A program made the position numbers and the translations under genes. Positions 22,144 to 29,931 of a stretch of 64,000 nucleotides of DNA are shown here, piece by piece. The stretch is from NCBI GenBank assembly GCA_963791795.1, contig CAWBTP010000003.1, positions 64,516 to 128,515 on the forward strand, in the 5' to 3' direction. The notes beneath the pieces were generated by a model. It saw nothing but the letters and a program-made list of their open reading frames with translations. It was not told the origin of the DNA and searched no databases. Position 1 is the stretch's first letter; every line of letters begins with the position of its first letter. This DNA comes from an uncultured Acidimicrobiia bacterium (GTDB taxonomy: Bacteria > Acidobacteriota > Terriglobia > Versatilivoradales > Versatilivoraceae).

Positions 22144-23210
22144 ATGACACCGTTGGACCTGGTAAGACTTACAGCATTGACAGACCACACTACCGGTAGG
22201 CCCGATGTGATCATCGGGCTCATCGATGGACCTGTGGCGATGAACCATCCTGAGCTTGCTAGCGAGCATGTTCGCGAGATCGCTGGAAATGTCGAGGGGC
22301 GCCTGCACCCAGGCCAACAGCATGGCTTGCTTGCACGGCACTTTTGTGGCTGGGATTCTGTCCGCGAAGCGGGGATCGGTCGCTCCAGCGATTTGTCCCA
22401 ACTGCACCCTGCTGGTGCGACCCATCTTTGCCGAAACGACAACGGCGAACGGCGAGATGCCGAGCGCCATGCCCGAAGAACTGGCCCAGGCCATTCTCGA
22501 CTGTACTGATGAGGGCGCGCGCGTGCTGAACGTCAGCGCCGCTATAGCCCAACCTACCATAAAGAGCGAGCAGGCGTTAGAAGCGGCTCTGCATCACGCC
22601 GCCAAGCGCGGGGTCATCGTGATTGCGGCAGCGGGCAATCAGGGGACTCTTGGCAGTACAGCCATCACTGTCACCCGTGGGTGATACCGGTGGTGGGTTA
22701 TGACCTGCAGGGCAGGCCCATGAATCACTCGAACCTGGGAAGCTCAATTGGCCGGCGAGGATTGGGCGCACCCGGTGACCGAGTCACTAGCATTGGCGCC
22801 AATGGCAAGCCGCTGACCCTGGGAGGAACTAGTGCCGCCGCGCCTTTTGTGACCGGTGCCATTGCGTTGCTGTGGTCGGAATTCCCAACCGCTACAGCGA
22901 CTGAGATGAAATTTGCCGCTACCCACGCACAGACCGCAGGGCGAACACAGTCGTCCCGCCCCTGCTGGATGCCTGGGTGGCGTATCATCCTAATGATGAG
23001 GACGTAAAGACCATGCCTGAGGAAAAGACCAAAACCGAACGCCAGCCCTACCGAGTGCGCCTTCCAGGGTTCGTTAGCGACAAGGATATTGGCCTGGGCG
23101 ATGCCATCAAGCATGTGACTTACGCCCTCGGAATCCGACCCTGCGGTGGCTGCGAACGCCGGGCTGCCGCGCTCAACCGCTGGTTTGTCTTTACCGGGCG
23201 AACCAAGTGA
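22144..23210 (+). CDS. Small S8 (subtilisin-like) serine peptidase with C-terminal CxxC tail; three frameshifts
   Basis: Asp, His and Ser motifs all present but in different frames: VIIGLIDGPV (frame 1), HGTFVAGI (frame 2), GTSAAAPFVTGAIALL (frame 1). S8-type C-terminus ...PLLDAWVAY continues in frame 0 into ...IRPCGGCERRAAALNRWFVF*. Breaks near 22300, 22675 and 22945. Confidence 0.65.
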
Positions 23211-23248
23211 TCCAAGTCCGAAAAGATCCATCTTGAAGGAGGAGAACC

Positions 23249-24121
23249 ATGGACCAAGAAACGAAAGAACAATCAGCAAGCCGGGAAGAGACAAAGCGCG
23301 GTACTGCTCTGGTCACACCCTCTCAACGGGATGTCGTCGCAGCTTCGCCGGCCACAGAGACGCCCTGCCCCACTTGCGCTAGCGGTGCGGGTTCCATGCC
23401 GGTCTCTCACGTCTATGCGATTGGCCGGATCGAGGCGCGCTTCCCGCGCCTCTCGGTCGAGAAGGAATTCGCTCAGGCGGCAGGACGCGCCGAGACCGCG
23501 GGTCAGACCGATCAGCAGATGTTCTACAACGTGCTCTCCAAACCCGAGAGCCGGTATCTCGCCCGCCAGCTGTGCTGGGTGTTGATGATCCAAGGTCTCG
23601 AAACCTACATCGTGCAGCCTCGCGATCCCAGGGATTTCGATCGGTTGGTGGAGGCCATCCGCCCCCAACCAAGCCCCATGGATATCGATGTCGTCATTGG
23701 TATGCGGGGGCCTATCGCTCCGCCTGAGCTCTGCAATGGGCTCATGGTTCCGATCGTTGTATTTGACCAGATTTACTCTTTCGACCGCGATGCGCTCATC
23801 AAAGCCATCCCGCGGCCAGAGAAGATGACGGCAAAGCAGTATGAAGCGGCGGCGGGGGAAGTGTTCGATAGGATCCTGCAGATGACGGACAACGCAGGGG
23901 CGACGGATGACCACCGGACGCTGAACTACTTGGCCATGCGCTATCCTGGGATCTACGCCAAGACGGCGGAAGAATTTGCACGGGATTTTTCGCTAACTGG
24001 GGTCGATGTGCTTCCTTCGCCCTTGAGCGGCACGCGCAAGATCGTGGATGTGCATCTTTTCCTACACCAACCGCAACACCGATTTCACCGAGAAGTTTTC
24101 TGTGCGCTGCGATATGACTGA
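23249..24121 (+). CDS. Hypothetical 290-aa protein with N-terminal CPTC motif; possibly related to the PatA/PatG C-terminal DUF (low confidence)
   Basis: Strong RBS aaggaggag. ...TETPCPTCASGAG...HVYAIGRIEARFPRLSVEKEFAQ... loosely resembles the VYALGxLxYDFG...F.Q block recalled from the cyanobactin PatA/G DUF. Uninterrupted. Confidence 0.45.
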   Translation: MDQETKEQSASREETKRGTALVTPSQRDVVAASPATETPCPTCASGAGSMPVSHVYAIGRIEARFPRLSVEKEFAQAAGRAETAGQTDQQMFYNVLSKPESRYLARQLCWVLMIQGLETYIVQPRDPRDFDRLVEAIRPQPSPMDIDVVIGMRGPIAPPELCNGLMVPIVVFDQIYSFDRDALIKAIPRPEKMTAKQYEAAAGEVFDRILQMTDNAGATDDHRTLNYLAMRYPGIYAKTAEEFARDFSLTGVDVLPSPLSGTRKIVDVHLFLHQPQHRFHREVFCALRYD

Positions 24122-24272
24122 GGAGTTTCCGTTCTTGGTCACAAAGATGTCGCCGTACTATGACCGATGAACTTAACTAACCGAAAGGAGACATGAAATG
24201 AACGCTATTAATAGCGGCTAAAGCCGATCTTCGGGGCCCCAGCTTCGACCGAGACGATTAAACCTAACTAAG

Positions 24273-24300
24273 ATAGGAGATATAGGAGATTATAGGAGAT
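24273..24300 (+). repeat. Three tandem ATAGGAGAT(T) repeats (SD-like GGAG x3) immediately upstream of a small-peptide start
   Basis: ataggagat-ataggagat-tataggagat-atcaa-ATG. Seen directly. Confidence 0.6.
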
Positions 24301-24305
24301 ATCAA

Positions 24306-24530
24306 ATGAACACTATAAATATGCCTGGTTTTACCGCGGAAACCTCACTTTACAAGCACAGGACATCCTATCGCATGATGACAGGTCGCAATGGCAATGA
24401 CTCGTCCGGCGTCATTCCACAGATGGCCCCAAGCTGGATGTGTGAGTATGCGGGCGAGCAGTGTGACAATGATGATTTAATATACTGCAAGGCTTGGCGC
24501 TCTTGGAACTGTTTCCGCGGCAGCCTATAG
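24306..24530 (+). CDS. Small Cys-rich peptide (74 aa), candidate protease-processed precursor/bacteriocin-like peptide
   Basis: MNTINMPGF...MAPSWMCEYAGEQCDNDDLIYCKAWRSWNCFRGSL. Four Cys in the last 30 aa. A truncated look-alike start (ATGAACGCTATTAATAGCGGCTAA, 24198) lies upstream in the same frame. Confidence 0.4.
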   Translation: MNTINMPGFTAETSLYKHRTSYRMMTGRNGNDSSGVIPQMAPSWMCEYAGEQCDNDDLIYCKAWRSWNCFRGSL

Positions 24531-24725
24531 GACGTTGAGCAACTGCCGACCGAGAGTTGGGGGCGGGTGCACCTGCGACACCACGGTCACCGCGAGAACC
24601 GGCGACTGCGGTGATTGACTATCCGGCGCATGTCGGAATCGCATAAAAACGAGTGTTGTCGAACACGATAAAAAGGGGTCAGGCCTTGCATTCACGTATC
24701 CGGCCTAACGCTCCACCCGAGCGCG

Positions 24726-25652
24726 TTGTATCTCATGGCTACCTATGACGCATCGATCAAAAAGGCTTTGGATCCCCAGCAGGATGATCTCATCAAGCAC
24801 AAGGAGCATTGCTCGGCCGACCCCGAAAAGCTCGGGACGACCGGGCGGGCGCTCTGGCATCAGGTTCGGATCAAGCGCAACGACGACGAGTACGGGCTCT
24901 ACACGGTTAGCGAGGTGCGCCAGGAGAACCCGGACAACATCGTACGCATTGGCAAAGGCGGAAGAGAGCGACTCGGTACGAGCGACGAGTTTGACGGTAC
25001 GCTCGACTCGCAGGTGCCACATGCGACCCTCTCCGACGCGGAGGCCGAATGCAACGGCGAATTCGTCGAGCGGCTCGACGATGATGGCGCGCACACGGGG
25101 CTCATTGCCATCGCACCCCACGGCGGAGACATCGAGGCGTACACTGACCAACAAGCCGAGCGCGTCACGTCGCAGCTGGCGGGCAAGGGTGTCAGCTCGT
25201 GGCGATGCAAGGGCTGGCACCCCAAAGGAGCCTTTGACCACTGGCACATCACCTCGACCGATATCCACGAGGCGAGCTTTCCTCTTCTCAACTCGGTAAT
25301 CTCTCGGGGCTTCAGCAATGCCGTCGCCTTTCATGGGTTCGACGACGACAACATTCCGTTCGACATTCTCGTCGGCGGCCTCGCGTGCGAGGCCCTGAAG
25401 GAGAAGGTCAAGGGAGCCATCGAAGGCGTCGTCGGCTCGGATTTCACAGTGCACATAACGAAGCCGGATGAGCGGTTCGGCGGCGACGACAAGCGGAACA
25501 TCGTCAACCGGCTCACCGCTGGCGGAAGGCATGGCATCCAAATCGAGCAGAAAAAGGGGCCTCGAGAGAAATACGCGTTGCCCATCGCCGATGCAGTCGC
25601 CAACGTCTACGACTCCGAGCTCGGGCTACCCACTCAACAAAAACTGAATTAG
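24726..25652 (+). CDS. Poly-gamma-glutamate hydrolase (PghP/UPF0714)-like zinc peptidase with ~100-aa N-terminal extension
   Basis: ...LIAIAPHGGDIEAYTDQ... and ...AFHGFDD... match the H-x-x-x-x-E ... H zinc-site pattern recalled for the PghP family. Uninterrupted. Confidence 0.5.
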   Translation: MYLMATYDASIKKALDPQQDDLIKHKEHCSADPEKLGTTGRALWHQVRIKRNDDEYGLYTVSEVRQENPDNIVRIGKGGRERLGTSDEFDGTLDSQVPHATLSDAEAECNGEFVERLDDDGAHTGLIAIAPHGGDIEAYTDQQAERVTSQLAGKGVSSWRCKGWHPKGAFDHWHITSTDIHEASFPLLNSVISRGFSNAVAFHGFDDDNIPFDILVGGLACEALKEKVKGAIEGVVGSDFTVHITKPDERFGGDDKRNIVNRLTAGGRHGIQIEQKKGPREKYALPIADAVANVYDSELGLPTQQKLN

Positions 25653-25730
25653 TCAAACCCACGGATCCCGCTTCAAAGCAGCGGCTTTCGCTCGCCCTCT
25701 CGCCCCCGCATGTGACCATTCAACAAAACC

Positions 25731-25778
25731 GGCCATTCAGCCCTATGAAATGTTTTCGCGGGAATGTCTTATCGAAGT
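25731..25778 (+). promoter_or_regulatory. Conserved ~50-bp cis element, copy 3 (diverged)
   Basis: ggccattcagccctatgaaatgttttcgcgggaatgtcttatcgaagtga. About 210 nt upstream of ATG 25989. Confidence 0.45.
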
Positions 25779-25988
25779 GAAAGCGAGAAGCCTCATCAGA
25801 CGCGTTCCGCTTTCTGTGAAGCCCCGGCTCAACACACACTATCAGCTGAAAAGAAAAAGACGGTCCCTGAGAAAAGCCATTCGATCACCGAGATCTTGAT
25901 GGGGCCTTTTACCGCCGGAAGCCGCTCAAGCAAGAGCCCAGCGGAAACACTCGCCGTCCAGAAGGGCAAGGCGACTAGGGAGGACAAC

Positions 25989-27575
25989 ATGATTAGGATT
26001 CGGACAGCATGCACTCTGACTCTCGGAGTGCTGTTTGCAGCTTGCAGTTCACTGATAGTTCTCGGTCAGCTGATCGACAGGACCAAGGCGCCTAACACGG
26101 CTGGTGCGGGCATCGGCAAGTCCCTGGCTGAACAAATTGGCGTTGGGCGGGGCGATGCGATGACGCCTGACTCTTCCTGTTTCACTATCAATCGTGATCC
26201 CTTTCGAGCCATTCGGCGAGGGCGTCAGCTCTTCCAGCGCAAGTTCACTCGAGCCGACGGACACGGGCCGAACGTCGGTGACGGCAACGGCGACATGAAT
26301 GCGACGCTAGCAATCGGTGCCGGATTGGCCGACAGTTGCGCAGGTTGTCATGGACGTCCGAGCGGCTCGGCTGGCTTCGGCGGTGACGTGGCTACCCGGC
26401 CAGATAGCCGGGACGCACCTCACCTTTTCGGACTTGGACTTAAGGAAATGCTGGCAGACGAGATCACACAAGACCTGCGGGCTATCAGGGCCCAGGCTCT
26501 GCTGCAATCCAAGAGCACAGGCCAACCTGTCAGCCAGCGTCTGTTTAGCAAAGGAATACGTTATGGATGGATCACCGTGCAACCCGACGGTTCAGTGGAC
26601 ACTTCCAGGGTCCAAGGAGTAAATCCTGATCTCCGCGTCCGCCCTTTCTTTGCGCATGGCGAAACCATGTCCATTCGAGAATTCGTGGTCGGAGCCCTGC
26701 AGAATGAAATGGGTCTTCAAGCTGCGGATGCCGAGCTTGCTCAGGCGCGTGCTGGAGGCAAAGTTACCACTCTGGCCGGCATGGTGCTGGATGGATCCCT
26801 CGATGAAATTGAGGCTCCGCCCACAGCTGATCCGCTGGCTGATCCCGATGAGGACGGCGTCAAAAATGAAGCACCGGAGAGTTTGGTGGACTTTTTGGAG
26901 TTTTACCTACTCAACTACTTCAAGCCGGGAACCTACGCACAAACGGCGACTACCGAGAGGGGCCGTTATCTATTCCAGGGTGTCGGCTGTGCCAGTTGTC
27001 ATCGACCCAACCTGTTACTCAACCGGGACCGACGCGTGGCCGACGTGGAGACTGCCTACGATCCTGACCGCGGCATCTTTAACAATCTGTTTGCCACCGC
27101 CATGCCGCTGAACATTTCAGTCAATGACACCTCGGGTTTTCCTGCCCTAAGGCGACCGAAACTGGACCCTTTCCTCGTCACGAATATCTTCACGGACTTC
27201 AAGCGGCACGACGTTGGTCCGTATTTTTATGAACGGAATTACGATGGATCGCTTCGAAAACAGTTTCTGACGACGCCCTTGTGGGGAGTAGGAAGCACCG
27301 CTCCTTATGGCCATGACGGACGCAGCTTGAATCTGACTGAAGTGATATTGCGTCACGGCGGGGAAGCGCAAACCTCACGCGATCGATTTGCTAGTTTGCA
27401 GGAGGACGACCGGTTGGCTTTGCTCGCTTTCTTGAGTTCATTGGTGGTGTTTCCTCCCGACGACACCGCATCCAACTTGGACCCCGGAGATCGCAACACG
27501 CCCAACTTCCCACAGTCTGGCCACGGTAGTATCAAGTTGGGAGTTTTGTTCAACGATCCTCATGATCCAGAATAG
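25989..27575 (+). CDS. Di-heme c-type oxidoreductase/peroxidase-like protein (DUF1111 family)
   Basis: Signal peptide MIRIRTACTLTLGVLFAACSS; two CxxCH motifs (CAGCHGR, CASCHRP); ~530 aa. RBS gggagga. The track ORF start 25764 is an upstream over-extension. Confidence 0.65.
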   Translation: MIRIRTACTLTLGVLFAACSSLIVLGQLIDRTKAPNTAGAGIGKSLAEQIGVGRGDAMTPDSSCFTINRDPFRAIRRGRQLFQRKFTRADGHGPNVGDGNGDMNATLAIGAGLADSCAGCHGRPSGSAGFGGDVATRPDSRDAPHLFGLGLKEMLADEITQDLRAIRAQALLQSKSTGQPVSQRLFSKGIRYGWITVQPDGSVDTSRVQGVNPDLRVRPFFAHGETMSIREFVVGALQNEMGLQAADAELAQARAGGKVTTLAGMVLDGSLDEIEAPPTADPLADPDEDGVKNEAPESLVDFLEFYLLNYFKPGTYAQTATTERGRYLFQGVGCASCHRPNLLLNRDRRVADVETAYDPDRGIFNNLFATAMPLNISVNDTSGFPALRRPKLDPFLVTNIFTDFKRHDVGPYFYERNYDGSLRKQFLTTPLWGVGSTAPYGHDGRSLNLTEVILRHGGEAQTSRDRFASLQEDDRLALLAFLSSLVVFPPDDTASNLDPGDRNTPNFPQSGHGSIKLGVLFNDPHDPE

Positions 27576-27588
27576 AAAGAACAGAAAC

Positions 27589-28160
27589 TTACTTCGGAAG
27601 CCCCAAATGCGAGGCAATCGCCTCCTTGAGCTGGCCGAGATCTTCAGGATGCACGTAGCGAAACCAGTCTTCCGGGCTGAATCCGATTTCCCCCTCTTCG
27701 CACCCCAACATGAATTTCCAGCGCGGGGAAAAGTAGATGGCATGGGTTCTCAGGTTCCAATCCCAGAGGCCATCGTTGGCGCCCTTCGGCTGCCAGCGCA
27801 TATCGCTCTTCGCTTTCACGCAGTGCCGCCTCATTGTGTTGTGGGCCAGGTGGGCTTTGACGCGCGTCAGCACCACCGGAAAATCAACCGGCTTGGTCGA
27901 GTAGTCGTTAGCTCCCAGACTCAGCGCTTCGACGATGTCGGCGCTTTGATTGTTGGCGCTGACCACGATGACCGGAAGCTCGGTGGGCGTCTTGCTTTGA
28001 CGCAGCGCCTTCAGCACCTCGAGCCCACTCATCTCCGGCATCTCAATGTCGAGCAGAATCAAATCGAAATTCTATTTCGCTGACCAGCTCCAACGCTTCC
28101 CTGCCGTCTCCGACCGTGGGATCACCCTTCTCCATTTTTGAAATGGTCTGGGACCAACTC
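27589..28160 (-). pseudogene. Response-regulator receiver + partial PAS fragment (N-terminally truncated, frameshifted)
   Basis: Minus-strand frames join as ...DPTVGDGREALELVSEIE|FDLILLDIEMPEMSGLEVLKAL... (extra T in gaaTTTcg at ~28075). No coding sequence upstream for the first ~50 aa of a REC domain. PAS-like WDWNLRTHAIYFSPRW is incomplete. Confidence 0.5.
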
Positions 28161-28694
28161 GCTAAGCCAAGACTGAATAATCATTTACACGAAGTGAATT
28201 AAAATGAGCTTTGTTCAGAAATCGAAAGGAAAGATGCGTTGAATCAACGCCGCCTGACACTGATCACCTGGACATTTCCGAATTGAACCGTTTTCGGTCG
28301 AAGTGCCTGAGACAGCACAAACTACAGGTCGGACGCCATGCCAGAGACAATTCAAAAAATCAGGAACAATGCAGCTTGCCAATGAGCAGGCGAATGCTGA
28401 GATCCCGGGCCCAGTTCGACTTGCTGCCCACGCAGTTCAGCCTTCGGTCAAATTCGAGAACTCCCTCTCCCGTTTGTGGGGAGAGGGGTGAACGCTTGAT
28501 AAGCGTTCACAAGGCCGGGTGAGGGGTGAAGAACGGAGCCCTAATGCCTCGGCGGTAAGAGGTCGCTCGCTACTGTTTGGCTCGCATGGGCCTATTGCGG
28601 GTGAGGACACCCTTCCTGAGGATCTCAGCCTGCTGAGGAGTGAAGTCCAGCAATCCCTGGGAGGCCTTCCGCCACTCACTTCTCTTCGAGTCTG

Positions 28695-29142
28695 CTACGC
28701 ATGATACCCGCGTCCGAATGTCCCGGAGCAATCAGCAGGTGTCCAATTTCGTGGGTGATTGCCACTCCTAAGACATCCTGTTGTGGAACTCTCCGATCTC
28801 TTGGCTACCGTTTCGATCACGTCACCAAACAGGTAGACAATTCCGTTGCCCGGAGTCGTATCAAGTTCGTCTGCGAATCCGAGCTTTCGACAACCGATTT
28901 CGTCCGTTGCCTTTTGGAGCTGTCGAATTATTCGGATGGAAATCTGGCCGGGTCCGGTGAAGCCTGAGCAAGGAGGAACGGATCGACTTGCATCCAGTGA
29001 ACAGTCCACAGTCAACAACTCGACTCCGGTCGATCCGTAGGATCATGGCAGCGAACTCTAACCCTTGCTTTAAAGCCTTACGATCCACATCTGCTCTGTT
29101 GATAAAGCCGACGGTGATCTGGGGCATGCTCGGCTTGGGCAC
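28695..29142 (-). pseudogene. Remnant of an HExxH zinc metallopeptidase gene spread over three frames
   Basis: Minus-strand translations: MPQITVGFINRADVDRKALKQGLEFAAMIL... / ...GNGIVYLFGDVIETVAKRS... / ...GVAITHEIGHLLIAPGHSDAGIMRSRLEEK*. No single ORF longer than 107 aa. Confidence 0.35.
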
Positions 29143-29349
29143 TGATGTCTGGGACGATGATTAAGCAAAAGGCTAATTGCCAGGGTCTTCCCGCTTTGGA
29201 TTCTCATGGTCTCTCCCTCCTGGCTGCCATAGGCGGGAAGGGAGAGCGAAAACCTGAAAGGGCAGAAAGTTTTTTTTGGGCCCTTATTCCAGTCTGAGAA
29301 GGAGCGGTGGTAGAGTGTCGGAAACCGACGAACAAGTAGGCGGGGGCTT

Positions 29350-29931
29350 ATGGCTTCACTCCCACGCGATGAAGTGACGCAACTGCTGCTGGCCTGGAGG
29401 CAGGGAGAGCCATTGGCTTTGGAGGAACTGATCCCAGTCGTCCACAAGGAGTTGCGAAGGCTCGCCCACCGCTACATGAGTGGAGAACGGGAAGGACACA
29501 CTCTGCAGACCACAGCTCTGGTGAATGAGGCTTATCTGCGCCTCGTGGACTCCAGCCAGGTGCAGTGGCAGAACCGCGCCCATTTTTTTGCGACGGCTGC
29601 CCAACTGATGCGTCGAGTTCTGGTGGACTTTGCCCGGACGCGCAACTACCAGAAACGAGGCGGCGAGGTCCTAAAGGTTGAATTCGACGAAGCCTGGATG
29701 GGGTCCACTGGGCGGGGGAGTGATCTGGTGGTGGCTCTCGATGATGCGCTGCAGGAACTGGCGAAGTTCGACGCCAGGAAGAGCCAGGTGGTGGAGATGC
29801 GGTTCTTTGGGGGCTTGAGCGCCGAAGAAACGGCTGAGGTGCTGAACGTGTCGGAGGATACCGTCTTAAGGGACTGGAAACTGGCGAAGACTTGGCTCTT
29901 GCGGGAACTCAAGAAGGACAACGAGCGATGA
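29350..29931 (+). CDS. ECF sigma factor of the Ser/Thr-kinase-associated type (TIGR02999-like)
   Basis: MASLPRDEVTQLLLAWRQGEPLALEELIPVVHKELRRLAHRYM... is the characteristic N-terminus of this ECF group. Region 4 ...LSAEETAEVLNVSEDTVLRDWKLAKTWL.... Stop overlaps the kinase start. Confidence 0.75.
   Translation: MASLPRDEVTQLLLAWRQGEPLALEELIPVVHKELRRLAHRYMSGEREGHTLQTTALVNEAYLRLVDSSQVQWQNRAHFFATAAQLMRRVLVDFARTRNYQKRGGEVLKVEFDEAWMGSTGRGSDLVVALDDALQELAKFDARKSQVVEMRFFGGLSAEETAEVLNVSEDTVLRDWKLAKTWLLRELKKDNER

Noticed and set aside
22977-23210. 77/65-aa ORF with a CGGC motif, considered as a stand-alone small protein or RiPP precursor
   Set aside because: Its frame continues upstream into the canonical S8 C-terminal block (...VVPPLLDAWVAY), so it is the frameshifted C-terminus of the subtilase.
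24273-24300. Tandem 9-10-bp repeats considered as a CRISPR-like or minisatellite array
   Set aside because: Only three short units, no spacers and no cas genes. Treated as an RBS-proximal cis feature instead.
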